A stretch of 64,000 nt of DNA from Setoptus koraiensis (Eukaryota > Animalia > Arthropoda): NCBI GenBank assembly GCA_048013815.1, contig CM106586.1, positions 10,788,001 to 10,852,000 of the forward strand, read 5' to 3'. Positions 13,355 through 26,990 of this stretch are shown in pieces (the stretch's first letter is position 1; each line of letters begins with the position of its first letter). The position numbers and the translations under genes are program-made. The notes beneath the pieces are model-generated. The model searched no databases and was not told the DNA's origin. It worked only from the letters and a program-made list of their open reading frames with translations.

Positions 13355-16300
13355 GCAAGACATGGCGGCCCGCACGCCAGCGAGATGAACGCAAATAAAC
13401 AAGGCAACTCTTTTGGCTGTTAATTCACAATTGTCGGACCGTCGGGCACGTTGCTGGCGCGCGCCGACGCGCCACTGCTACGCCTGTTGGCGATTAATGC
13501 CGATTAATGGCGATTTAAGGTGCACCGAAATGACCAAGAGTGCATGCTGGAAGAGCATGCGAACGAGCACGGGCTGCACCTGGCGGCCGGTGTTTCGCTG
13601 GCAGCGGGCCGCACCGGCCGCCGACAGACCGTAGACGGCGCTCGTGGGGCGCATCCGAAATTCGTGCCCGCGACCGCACAGCAAGCTGGCCAAATAATTG
13701 CCTGCAGCGCCAACGCGAGCCCGACTCTTTGGCTCTTTTGGCCCCAAAGAGTGGGCCAAAAGTGCCGCTCGGACAGCGGCCACTTTGAGAGCGGGCCGGA
13801 GCCGGACAGAGCCGCGCGGAGCCGCACGGAGCCGCACGGAGACGGACGGAGCGGTCGCCATGGTTGCGACAATCGGTCGGTGTGAGCCCAATCGGGCAGC
13901 TATCCAATTTCAGCTGGCCAAAGCGCTTATTTATCATGGTTCTCGCAATCTCGTTTGCAGCGCCATTTGCGCCACTTGTGAGCTGTGACTTGTGAGCACG
14001 GGTACGCGCACACTTGCACGTAGCCGCTCGCCAACCGCTTGTAGGTGACCGCTGTGGGCGACTGTTGCAGAGACGGCCAATTACGTTGCCTGTGAGTGCC
14101 GCCTAAACGTTTCCCCTGGCTTGTCCCTCCCAAAAGTGTTGCCGTGTTGCCGATTGTGTCGCTCAAGCGAGCACGCCGAGCGCTGGCACGCAAGCCAGCT
14201 CCACAGCCGGCCGGCCGGCCTGCCACCAAATGAGAGGCAAGAGTGGTCGTAATGGCCGTGAGAGCCGTGCCAAGAGAGAAGAATTGAAATTAAAAAAGCC
14301 ATCACTATGCAATTGGCGTGGCCGCTGTGGCCGTTGTCGTTGTTGCCGTCGTTGTTGTCGTCGTTGCTGTCGTTGTTGGCGTCGTTGTTGCCGTTGTCGT
14401 GGCCGCTGTCGCTGTTGCGACGACGACGCCAATGACGACGACAACGGCAGCGCCAACAATGCCGCCGCTTGAACTTGACGCACACATCCAATTGTTGCCA
14501 GCCTGCAATGCCCAGCAGCTTGCCAAGCCGGCCACCGTAGCGAGTTGCAGTTGTCGCGCTCGCGAAGCCAGCCACACAACCAGCCGCTCGTTGCCCTTGT
14601 TGATACGGCTGCTGCTGGCCAGCGGCCGGCGTTGTTGTCGCTGCCGGTGTCACTGCGACCGGCCCGCCCCACTCACCTGTGCACGCTCGGACGCTCGGAT
14701 CGGGAATTTGAGCCCCGGCGAGCCGCTCGCCTCGTCCGGTCCGCTCTGTCCGCTCTGTCCGGTCCGCCCGGTCGAGAGTGCCGGGCGCCGTCTTGCTGTG
14801 CCGGCCGGCCGTCGCAGCGCACAATCGCGGCCCGGCCGCGACAACCGCAACCCGCCAGACTCAGCAACGCCAGACACGGCAACGCCAGACACGGCAACGC
14901 CAGACACAGCAAGACGGCACGACCTTGTCCGGCCTCCCAAGACAACAGGACAACGGGGCAGCGGGACAACAGGGCAGCGAGACAAGAGCTCGTATGAGAG
15001 CGTCGGCGCTAATTAGTCGCCAGTCGTCAGTTGTTGCTGGCCTTGCTGTTTGTGATCCGTTCCAATTGGCTTTCGCTCTCGCCGAGCCTGGCTCGGTGCC
15101 TCGCCGATCGGCACTGGCCGACTGGCGATGAACGCGCTGGCCAGTCGCAACGCCAGTTCTCAGGCTCTGGCCGCCGCCGCCGTCCACTAGGCCGAGTGGG
15201 CTAACAAAGTAAATGGTTGGCCGATGGTTGACCGTGCACGGCCGACAGACGCAACAAGAGCAGCAACGCCCGAAACGAGCGCAACAACGAAACAAAAGTG
15301 AGTTGGCAGCGGCGACGCATCGCTGGCCCGATTGTCATGCGTTGGGCTGCCTGTTGTTGCGCTGTGTGTTGTGGCCGCTTTTCAGTTTTGTTTCAGCCAA
15401 AATGCGCTTTTCATGGCTTGCTTGTCGGCCAAATGCGCCTTTCGTGGCTTGTTTGTCGGCCAAATGCGCCTTTCGTTGACTGCTCGTCAGCCGAATGCGC
15501 TTTTGGTGGCTTGTTTCAGCCACAGCGAGCCAACATCCGCGTATATCAGCTGTGCACACACACAAACACACACAAATTGTTATTAAAGTCGCGCACACAC
15601 ACACACAGTTATCTCGCATCGATGCCAGAACTTTCGTCCTTATCGCCAAAGTTGCCATTGTTTTGGCCGCGCTGCCAGCAACGTCGAGGCTTCAATGGGC
15701 TCGCTCTGCGGTTTGCGTTGGCACGGCGACTGCATTCGCCGCACACTTTCGCCCATTCGTGTTAGGCCGGCCATCCGAATGGCAAGGCGTGTGCCTAACA
15801 GCGTGCTTGCTACAGCGCGCAACCCGGCAGCGCCCTCTCGCAGTGACACCCGTCATGTCCGTTTGTTCAGCTGGGCCGCGCCAGTGACACCAGTTTGCCC
15901 GCCAGTGTGACACCAGTTTGTTTGCCGGTGTGACATTAGTTTGCCCGGCAGCAAACGGGGCCAAGTCGCACGCCGGCCCCAACGGCTGCCCAACTTGTCG
16001 CAAGCAGCTCGACGCGACGAGGGCCCACGGGACGAGCGCGAGCCGGCTCAAGGTGAAATGACCTCTCTAGTTAATCTACTTGGCCTAGTTTCTCGCCGGG
16101 GCCGCTCCGGTGGCCGCTGTGACTGTTGTCGTTGCTCTTGTGCCACTTTGTTGTATTGTGTTGCATTGTGTCGCGCTGTCGAACGACTATTACGTGTTAC
16201 ATGTACACACACACACACTTACACCGTGTCACCGGCGCCCATTGGCTTGCCAGCGCGCGCCACGGCCGCTATGCCGCCGCGACTCGCTGCGGATATTATA

Positions 16301-16427
16301 ATACATAATGCATGCATGCTGGGCCCGACATCAGCCCGGCAGCGGCCTCGTCGACGGCAAGCGTGTTGTTGTTGCCGCAACTTAAGCTGCGACTGCTTGT
16401 ACGCGGCGCTGCGGCTCGAACAGCAGT

Positions 16428-16525
16428 CCGCGACTCGAACGACAATCCGCGACTCGAACGACAATTCGCACTCGAACGACAATCCGCATTCGAACGACAA
16501 TTCGCACTCGAACGACAATCCGCGA
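16428..16525. repeat. 18-19-bp tandem repeat ACTCGAACGACAAT(C/T)CGC x5
   Basis: Read directly from the sequence. Confidence 0.9.
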
Positions 16526-18740
16526 CCCCAATGGGAACGCGCATTGTAAACACGAATGCATATGCATGTATTTGCATTGTCTTACGATGGGCGTATTGCG
16601 CTGCACAATTGCGACTCTGTTTGCCCTGTCGACTCCGAGGGGTCCGAGGCCGGCCGACACTTTGCGCGTCGGTCTTGCCAGCACCGGCCGACAGAGCAGC
16701 CGGTCTTGCCAGCACCGGCGGCGTCTTGGCCGGCGCGCATATTGTCGGCCGACAGGCGCAACAATGTCGCGCATGACATTATCTCATTACGTCAGTTGAT
16801 ACCGTTCGCATGTTTTGTTTTGAATCGCCACAGATCCACTGACTCATTGACAATGCGCGCTGTGAGAGTACGCGTTTCACTGACAGAAGGTCTCAGCGAT
16901 AATTCATAATTGATAATTCATCGTCTGTTACGCGTTAGTTAGCGACACAATTGGCAGAGTCGCGACTCCGCCAATCAAGCGACGGTGTAACGCGATAACG
17001 AAACGACGGTAGGTGTATAAGAGTGCATAAGAGTTGTATAACACCGATACACAATGACACACTGTGTCGGCTTGGGCGACACCAATTACGTTGGACAAAT
17101 TTTGCCATGGCGGTCCTTGCAAACTTTTGCACTGTCGCGAGCGCACTTACAGTAAAGTATGTATAAAGACGCTCGCATGTAATTATAATCAATTATCATC
17201 ATCACCTCGTCTTATTTGTTTTGTTTATTATGCCAGCCCCCCCCCCGACAAAGCCCCGTTTATACATGTACAAATAGCACACATTTATGCACTTATAAAC
17301 ACACCGGCACACGAACACGGCGCGCTGTTCCATTTAATTTAATTTTTATTCTTATTTTTATTTTTATTCTTATTTTTACTTTTATTTTTATTGCCGAGCT
17401 TGTCTTTGGCTGGCATTGGCTGGCAAGCTGGCTGCTTTGTTGCCGCTTGCACTTGTTACAACATGCACAATGGCGAATGGCGTGTACTTAATACGGCGTG
17501 TGCGAAGGTCTTGCCACTTCTCGCCCTGTCTCGCCATTGTGTGCCCGTCAACATGTACGCGCTCACAATGTTGATATCACTTGATATCAGTTGATGATAT
17601 CAACTCGTCGGCGATAAGTTGTTGCTCACATAACCGTTATAACTTGCGTATCGCCGCTGCCGCTGCCGCAACGACCGACGCTGTCGTAAATTGCGACTCG
17701 TAAGGGCACTCGGATTATTGTTTGCGCGATACCGCGCATTAACCGCAAACAAAACGAATGAAACGGCACCAATGAAACGGCACGAAATGGCAAAGTCGCA
17801 ACTGCAAATAAAATTCAAATCATGCCACTAAATCATGCGATCGCCGAGCGAGCTGGCGTGATAGATCAAGGTGAGCGCGGGCTCGCCGATCCTCTTATCT
17901 GGGCGTGCACGGCCGGCGCGACTTGCGCGACTCCGGCGCGCCTTCCACAACGGAGGCTCCACCATGCGGCCGAGCCGCGCTGACCGAGGCGAGCCGACCG
18001 AGGCGAGCCGAGCGCCGGCCAACGGAACCAGGTGAGACAAGCCAGATAACGAGCGGAGGCGGCAATCTGGTGGCCCGCAGCGGATATATCATATCGTGTC
18101 AGCATATATGCATGCAGCTCGCATTGTGTGTTGGGGCCCCGCTGCATGCCTGCCGCTTGGCATGGCCAATTACGCGGCGCATCATTGTCGCCCCGATCGA
18201 CTCGAGGCGTCGACTCGACGGTGTCGCTGTCGTCGTTGCTGCTGCTGCCTTTACTGTTGGTGTCGCTGTCGTTGGTGCCGTTGTCGCCTCTGTCGCCGCT
18301 GTTGGTGTCGCTGTGAGTTGTCGCTGATCATCAGTGACTGATCATCGGTGACTGATGCTCGCCGACTAGCTCGAAACAGCTCACATTACGCAACAGTGCT
18401 CCGTGTTTGCGTACGCCACACACACATACAACAAGCGCCGACATTCGAGCCGTTCGAGTCGGTGCGAACGGCAGTTAATTGGGCCAGGCCCGAGCGCTGG
18501 CAAGTGCATGCATACTACACATCTCATATCTATAATACACAATGATGCAAATAAAATAACGGTGCGCACTCGGCTGGGTCGTGCACTCGCCATATGAAGC
18601 GAGTCATCGGCTCGAGTGCATGGGCCCGATATAATATGATATTTCGCACAATAATATCGCCTTGTGCATACGCTCGCACACATACCGTGGGCCCGTATGT
18701 GACGCAACGGCAACAGCGACAACAGCAACGACAGCAACGA

Positions 18741-18774
<34 letters not shown>

Positions 18775-20785
18775 GGCGACAAATAGACGCGCTGGCATCA
18801 CATTGACAGCGGACCTTGAAGGAGTGACAATATCGGCCTCGCCGGCGCTCCCATTTCGGCGGCCCATTGTCATGAGCTTGCCATTGTGTGCGCGCCCAAT
18901 TGTGAGCCCACAATGGGGCGCCCGACGCCTCCGACAGCCTGCAAACTCAACAGCGACAGCCGCGGCTCGTCCATATGTGCGGCTCACGCTGGCTCGGCGC
19001 GCACCCGTCGGCTCGGCGGGCCCCAACAAGGAAGTGGCACGCGAAGGCTCGCCCGGCACGGGCCGGCCAAGCCTTTGTTGTTGTTGCCGCGGGTCGTTGT
19101 CGCTGGCGCGGGTTGTTGTCGGTGGCACTGGGCGAGTTGCTGGTGTTGTCGTTGCCCGTGGCTGGCAGTTGTGAGCGCAAGCGCGCCGACACAACCGCTG
19201 GCCCGTTGTAACGTAATAACCGTCATTATGGGTGCTAGTGCGGGCGCCCTCGCCGGCGATTATAACGCGAGCCGAGCCGCGCCGACGAACAAGGAAGTCA
19301 CCGCTGCACAAACGCACCATTGGCTGGCGGGGCGCACACAATAAATACAGCGCGCACAAACAATGCATGGCCGTGCCATCAACCGATAATCGCATAAGCT
19401 GGCCACCTAAGTTGCCCACGCCAGCCACGTACCGTTGTGTTTGGGGCGGCTTGGCGGGCCCACTGAGCTTGGGCTTGCGCGGCGCCAGGGGCCCCCGCGG
19501 AAATGGGGCCAATCGGCGCGCGTGTCGGCGGCAAGCGCGCAGCGCGTGCAACGTGCCGGCAGCGAGTTTGTGCCAGCGAGTTCTTTCTTGTGTGTTTGCG
19601 CTTGTGTGGCGCCCCACTCGAACGCCGGCCAGAGCACAGCCAGAGCGCAGCCCGAACGCTACCCGAACGCGGCCAGATGTACGCACCGACAGACGAAGAG
19701 CAGATAGTGGCGGTTGCGTCGGGGTGAGTGTACTCGCGTGCCCGCAAGAAACGAGGTCAATGAGTCGCGAACAAACCCTGCGCACAGTTGACTGAGCCCC
19801 CCTTATCCGTTCGCGTGTGTGTGTGTCGTATTCCAGCAGTGTGTGGCGTATTCCAGCAGTGTGCGCGCGTGCTGTATGGGCGCCCAACACGCGCTCTTCC
19901 GAGAATCGGTGCACGGGCCCACGGGCCCACAGAGCCCGCGGGCCAAGGGACAAAGACCTCTCACTGGCGCGCCCGCACCCTGGCGGTGCTCCACTTTCTC
20001 TCATCGCTCGCCACTTTGGTCTAGCCAGCTCGCGCTGGCTGGCTGGCTCGCCGACGGCGCGTTGACCGGCCCAGCGCGGCCCGGCGAGGCTCAGCGAGGC
20101 CCCACGCGCCTGTCTATCGATTCGGCTTCGCGCTGGCTGGCACGCGCGAGCCACGTAGTGAGAGCTCACGACTATGTATGCTGGCGCCTCTCGTGACCGA
20201 GTACAACTCGTGACCAGGCACGACTCATGACTATGTATAACGCCGAGCCGGAAGACAGCAGGCGCAATTGTGTGGCGACCAATTTATTGAGGCAGCGCCG
20301 ATAGTGACGGTAATTGCACGACAGCGACGATACGATTCGCGGCACCGCAACACGTAATGAGAGTGGCCCTTTTCAGGCTTCCAGTTACCGGTCCGGTGGC
20401 CGGCTCAAAAGCGAGCCAGCTCAAAGGCGAGCCAGTGTGACGCTTGCCAGCGGGGCCCCACAGGCCGCTGGCTGGCATCGCAGTAGCCGGTGCCTCCGGT
20501 GCTATATGGGCCATGTGTGCTGTGGGTGCTTTATGGGCCACGGGTGCTATATGGGCTATGTGTGCCATGGGTGCTATATGAGCTGCACGAGCTGTGCGAG
20601 CCATATGTGGGCCAGCGGCGACCGGAGCCCGCGTACCGGCCCGAGCGACGCTGGCGGACAGCAACTTTTTACTTTTGCCAGCAGAGCGAGCGTTATTACT
20701 TTGCCACCTTTTCAGCGGCAAACTAATAACGCTCCTCGGCTGCTCGTGTGGACGCGCGCAAGCACGCACACCGACACGCACGCCG

Positions 20786-20790
<5 letters not shown>

Positions 20791-20828
<38 letters not shown>
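20791..20828. repeat. (CA)n microsatellite
   Basis: Uninterrupted CA run. Confidence 0.95.
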
Positions 20829-20830
<2 letters not shown>

Positions 20831-21171
20831 CGCACTGTTGGTGCAGTTTCCAAGACACACGGGCACAAGGAACGACAGATAATAGTGTGCCCGTTCGTCA
20901 CTTGGCCTCATTTCTAGCGCGCGCGCGCGCGCGCAGTCTTGCCAGAGCGGCTCGGCTGTGACAGTAGGTTTGTGGGCGCGCACAAAAGAGTGCACAAAAG
21001 AGTGCACAAACGTCAACAACGTCAGCAGCAACAACAACAACAACAACAACACCGACAGCAACAACAACAACAACAGCGACGGCAACAACAACAACGACAG
21101 CAGCAGCTACGGCGGCAATAACAACAGCGGCGGCGATATCGAGGTCGCGCGCAATCGATGCAAACACTTGT

Positions 21172-23923
21172 GTTACGTAACAGCATTTAGGAAGCGACTG
21201 AGTAAGTAGGTTGCTCCACTTTAGGCCGGCCGGCCCGAGCTAGTGGGGCCTTCCGTGTGGCTGTCGCGCTCGCTTCGGGCTGCCGCAGCGACTGAATGGA
21301 GGGCCCAAGCGCGCTAAAAAGAGCCAAAAAGCGAGCGAGCGAGCGAGAAAAAGAGAGGGGCCCCAGTCAGCTGACGCTGCCAGCGAGCCGCCTGGGCTCT
21401 AATTGGCCCGACACATGATAGCTGCAGCGGGTTTCGGCGGCGGCCTGTGAGGGCCGCGCCGAGCCTCTGAGAGCCGCGCCGAGCTGGCGGGGAGGGCTCT
21501 AATTGATGCAACCGACTGTCGCTGTTGTTGTTGTCGCTGTTGTTGTTGTCGCTGTTGTTGTTGTTGTTACTGTTGTTGTTACTGTTGCAGTTGTTGTTGT
21601 TGTTGTCGCTGTGGACGGCGAGTCGCATAGCGGGCGAGCCTAGCGAGGGCCCGACGCGGCAGGCAGTGAGTGCAGCGACGATTTTGTGTGACATGTCGCA
21701 AATAACTGTTCCTTGCTAGCTACTAAAAGTGTCACTTAGCCATGAGAGTTGCGCAACTACGAGAACGAGTATAACACACGCAGCGCATAACATTGCTCTG
21801 CTTACTTCCTCGTGATCCAAATTCTTTGCGCCGCCGTTGCTAACATCAATGGGCGCCAGCATCAAGGCGACCCAAACGACGCAAACATCACGAGCCGCTG
21901 TTATGACTTGTTATGACTCGAAACTTACAAGGCGAGCTCATGGGGCGATCGTTGGCAAGCTTGTTTGTGCGATTTGATGCTGCGAGTTGTTGTGCGAGTC
22001 GTTGTGCGAGCTGTTGTGCGATTTGACGGTGCGATGACAGCGCACTGATTGCGGCCCGCGACTAGCTGTAACGACCGTTATTTCGGCTACATTGCCGGCT
22101 CCAAATAACCTCTGTTTGCTGGCCCCTCGGTCGCCCTGTTTGCCGACACTCGCGCTCCCAGGCCGAGCTTACGTAACAGTTGAGTGTGGCTGACTGTCGG
22201 CCGGCTATCGCTCGTAGCTGGCCTGCGACTGGCTTTATACATACTTTAGATATTATGAAATTTCAGACATTACATTGCATGTTATTTGCGCGGCCTGAGC
22301 TGTGCGTCGTGCCCATTGAATCGGCGAGCGACGCTGTGCCGGCCAGCGCCGGCCGATAGCGAGCTTGACAGTGGCCGCATATCGCACAACAATCGCACAC
22401 AATTGACACAAACAACCGTGACAAGACACACACACATTCCGTTGTCAGTTGAGAGGTTATTCAACCACCACCTAGCGGCATTTGCGCTGATATCAGCATA
22501 CGTCAACCTTTGCGGCTTGACGGCTTCGGGCCGGATGAAGCGCGATGAAGCGTCAGTGACCTACTTTGGGTCACTGTTTACTGTGCCGTTATGTGTGCCC
22601 GTTGCGCAAGCTCGCGTCTGTGCCCGTTACGTTACGTAACTTACGTAAGCTTGTGTCTGGTGTGCCCGTGCATGTGATTGTGCTTGTGCCCAAGTCTGTG
22701 CGCTTGCGAGCCACACACGTCGGGCCCGCTGTTACGTAACGCGGCGGCATCTGACACAACTCGGCGCTAACACGACTCGACGCTGACACAACCCGACGCT
22801 GTTACGTAACCGTTCACACATATCAGATGATATGGCACAAATTTCATTAGCGAATCATGGGCGAGTTCATATTGTACGAATGATGGGCGCTTTGCAGGGC
22901 CGCGCCAGGCCGACTTTGCAGCGTTCGTTCGCTGTCAACGTTCTGTCGCCGAACGTTCGGCAAAGTTTGGCTGGCTTGCCAACTGGGCGCATCGAGCGCC
23001 GGCGACAAGGCGGCTTTAAAAGCGAGAGAGTGACAGTTATTGATTTTGTTTGCCAACGTCCGACGGCAAACAAAATCATGTTGCGCAACGCAAACATGAA
23101 CATCGGGCCGGTTTTGTAGCGCTGGTATGTTGTTGCGCGGTTATGCTGGGGCACGCTCGCCTGCGAGTATCGTGACAACTTGTGCACCACACTGGCTGCG
23201 AGTATGTCCGCAAATCCGCAAAGCCGAGTGATGTTACGCCACGACCATCAATGGCCGATGGGTGGCGCCCGCGCCGCATCAATATATGCCCCGTTAATAT
23301 ACTGCGTTATATACTGCGTTACATAAGCTTACAGAAGCGACGCTAGCGCCACGATGTGCGCCATATTCGGCTTATTGAGCCTAGTGGGGTGGGCTTTTTG
23401 CGAACTAGCGCCAGGCAACCCGGTAGTGGTGCAATGACTCGCAGTTCATTGCTATCAGCAGCCAGCCGCGGCGCTGTGTGCCATATTAGTTGCGTGCCAT
23501 TGCGTAACTAGCGTTTGTAAGTTACGTAACGTATTAGACGGCACGCCAAAAGCCGTGTCATCAGTGTGTGTGTGTGTGTGTGTCGACAAATGTAGCACAC
23601 GAAGCGAGCGACGAGTTGCGTAATGGGCGCCCTTACGCAACTCACGCCGCGATGACTGGCAAGCGAGCGAGCAACAGCAGCAACTGTGTAGCCTAGTGAG
23701 TCACTAGTTACCGCTAAATACACTGTTGCTCGGCCTCCATGTTCACCGGCACGACCCGTTATGTTTGACGGCGCAACGGCCGTTACGTAACATTCCGCAA
23801 CTAATTTTATGCTCAGCATTGGCAAAGGCATGTTACGTAACAGCAGCGCGTCGTGCGGATGTGCCGGCCCGGCCGTCACACTGCGCGACGCGGACATTGC
23901 TAGAGAGCAAAGAGTTGCGTAAC
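21172..23923. promoter_or_regulatory. Homotypic cluster of TTACGTAA palindromes (PAR-bZIP/Vrille-NFIL3-type sites); candidate enhancer
   Basis: Nine perfect TTACGTAA cores in 10-mers at 21172, 22168, 22631, 22640, 22731, 22801, 23521, 23782 and 23832. Variants at 23318 (TTACATAA), 23499, 23615 and 23914 (TTGCGTAA) and 23632 (TTACGCAA). The motif matches the established RTTAYGTAAY consensus; function is inferred. Confidence 0.6.
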
Positions 23924-24663
23924 ACTTGTTATTTGCTAGTTGAGTCTCTTTATTATGAGACTCATAGTATGAGTCACAGTGAGTTGCACTATAAGCACTC
24001 ATAGTGTGCTTATAGTGTCTCTCTTTCTTGAGCTGCCGTCAAAGGTTTGGCCAGATCAGCGCGCACAGTATGCAGATTGTAAACGGAGATGAACTCTCTG
24101 CCGTTGGCATGGCGACCAAGATCAAGTTGAACCGCTCAACTGACAGGTGAGCGGCTCAGGTGAGCGGCACAGCCAAATGACAGTTGGCGGACTGTGCCGC
24201 CGTGATTTGACTCACCAGTCAAATTCAGCGACTGGCCACTGACTGGTCATGGCACGCACACACAGCGGCCACAACAGGTTAATTAGAGCGCTGCCCACGC
24301 AATCACATGACCAATGTTGCAAATAGCAGATGCTGCTGATAGCGGACTGTTGATGCCACCACTCGATCATCAGCTTGATAGTATCAACTTGATACATAAT
24401 AGCGACCCACAGAGCGCACACAGAGCCCTCTCTCGGACAGCGCCGCTTTGCATGCCGGACATTATGACATTGGCATTCTTTTTCGTGCACCTGTCGCCTT
24501 TGGCCCGGCCGGCGATTGCACTCGGCTGTGCCCAATGTTTGCCAACAATGTTTGCAGCCTACACAGCCGCTGCTGTTGTTGTTGTTACTAGTTGTTGTTG
24601 TTGCTGTTGTCGTTGTTACTAGTTGTTGTTGTTGCTGTTGCCGTTGTTACTAGTTGTTGCTGT

Positions 24664-24698
<35 letters not shown>

Positions 24699-25122
24699 TT
24701 GTTGCTAGTTGTCGTTGTTGCCGCCGTTGTTGCAAGCAAACGACGGGCAAACAGGTGAGTCATGGGCCAATTCCGAGAACATGATGCGAGCTTTGTTGCC
24801 ATCGCCAGGGCCGAGGGCAGTGCGCCGATCACAATATCCGTTTGTCCGACAGCCGGGCACACAAACAAACGCAAACAAGCCAGCGTAATTACATATGCTG
24901 CGTATGCATGTAACAGCCGGCCAGCGATGCAAACAATACTGGGCGCCACCTAGCCAGTGATTGCGTCAGAGTGTGGAGCCGCCAGCGACAGTCAATCAAA
25001 TTCAAGCTCATTATCATTATCGCCTGTTGGCTTATCACGATCGCCGCTTGCAGAGATTGCAATGGTCGCTCGGCGATACGCGATGCCTTTCCCGTCGGCA
25101 TCGCACACTCTAACTGCAGTCT

Positions 25123-25187
25123 GCGGCCGGATAAAGCGGCCGAGTAAAGCTGCCGGATAAAGCGGCCGGATAAAGCGGCCGGATAAA
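25123..25187. repeat. 13-bp tandem repeat GCGGCCGGATAAA x5 (one degenerate unit)
   Basis: Read directly. Confidence 0.85.
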
Positions 25188-25544
25188 CGGACGGTGCGGA
25201 CGGCATTTTGTTGCCATGACTACCGAAATGCCGTGCGCAGCGATGCCTACGCACCGTCGGTGACACTTTTGTGCCGATGCATCCTCGCTTGACCGATGAC
25301 ACTGCTAAGCCGGCCGGGCTAATCCCGAGCGCGACTAGTGGCGCTCATTTGACCGCTATTCGGCGCTACTCGGCGAGCGGCTGGCCGATTAGCGGCCACT
25401 AGCGACGCCGAGCTGGCGGCTGCTCGTCGATGCCCAGTCAGCTGACTGTCAGTCGGCTGTCAGTGGGCTGTCAGTGGCGGGCCGCTTGCGTGAACTGGCC
25501 CGCAGCCGCCGGCGTCCGGACAGCCGGCTGAAATGTGAATTTGC

Positions 25545-25579
25545 CGGCCGGGCTATTTATAAAATAAATAGCCCGGCCG
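25545..25579. repeat. Perfect 16-bp inverted repeat with 3-nt loop
   Basis: CGGCCGGGCTATTTAT-AAA-ATAAATAGCCCGGCCG. Confidence 0.95.
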
Positions 25580-26796
25580 CTTCTCGCAACAAGAGTCTTA
25601 TTTCGGTCGGGCGAGCGCACCGAAACGCGCGCCGAACGCCGCCCGACGCCAGCCGCCCGATGCCCGAAGCTCGGAGCCCGTCGCCCGTCGCCGTGCAAAT
25701 GCTCGTGTCGCCACAGCGAGCGCTGGCAAGACGCAACGGCGCCGCCAACATGCAACGGCGCTGGCATTAAATTAAATTTGGAATGCGGAAGTGGCAACAA
25801 ATGAGCGCCGTGATGTGTATTGATGATGATGGCGCGCCACAGCTATTGCTGTTTGCCTATTTGTTGTTGTTGTTGTTGTTGTTGCTGCTGCTGCTGTTGT
25901 TGTATCGTCAAGATTAAAAGTCAGTTAGTCACACAAAAACACACTTAAACAACCGCAGTTACACACTGCTCTGGGACCGTTACTCCGCGCCATTCAGCAC
26001 TCTATTTCCTCCTCGTCAGCATATGACCTGACTCAACTGGCTATTGATAGAGACAACATTTCATTGCGCAAAATACCGGTTGTACACAGGTACGAGAGGT
26101 GCACAAAGGCTTACCAATCCGATCAGCCTTGCCACCCACTGTGTCGCGGGCTCGAGCGCCATCTCGCGATAATTAAAGCCATCGTTACGTATTATTATTA
26201 CGACATAAAACCATGACAAACTGACAATCGGCTGACAAATGTCTCGTCGATCAGTTTTCATTCGGCCAGACCAACAGCATTGTGGTCGCTCACAGCGCCA
26301 ATGTTGCCACAATAATTAGCTGGCCGATACCTGGCTGCCGCATGTCGCCCAATATCGCCCGATATCGTCGGGCGTCGTCGGGCATCGCCGCGTGTCGCCG
26401 GGCATCGGCTTATCGCTTGGCAGAATAACAGTGGTCAGCTTTGATTGATTGGCTGACAAGCGATTGCGCAAGCCGACCAATCGTTTGACGTTTCACTCGC
26501 GAGCGCCGATGTTCATTCATGAGTTATGAATCACAACATCGGCACGTAACGGTCAACGCCGGCCCTTCTCAATTGTCAATCATCAATCTAGTTGTCACTG
26601 GGACGCTGGTGTCGGCTGTTGGTGTCAGCTGTTGGTGTCAGCTGTTGGTGGCGAGCTGTTGGTGGCGAGCCGGATGCTGCCCACTGTGAGTGAACGGGTG
26701 ACCGGATGTTAAAGTCGTCGGCCATCAACAGCCGACACAGGCTCATTGGGCCCTCGTTGGCATCGACTGAAAGGACGCCCGTCGTTGCAGAGACAA

Positions 26797-26902
26797 AATT
26801 TGACAAATTTGACAAATTCGACGAATTCGACAAATTCGGCAAATTTGGCAAATTCGACAAATTCGACAAATTCGACAAATTCGGCAAATTCGACAAATTC
26901 GA
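26797..26902. repeat. 9-bp tandem repeat AAATT(C/T)G(A/G)C x~11
   Basis: Read directly; lies just 3' of the MFS gene stop. Confidence 0.9.
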
Positions 26903-26990
26903 AGGAAAATCCTCGCTGTTCAGCTTGTGCCCATACGAACAAATGGAAACGATTTAATGGATCTAACAAGTTGTCGCTAGACATGCAAGC

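Noticed and set aside
18604-20169. 521-aa minus-strand ORF and the many overlapping 100-250-aa ORFs between 10.7 and 26.9 kb
   Set aside because: Arg/Ala/Pro/Cys-rich translations in several frames at once, no recognisable domain, and microsatellite-derived runs: typical shadow ORFs of GC-rich DNA.
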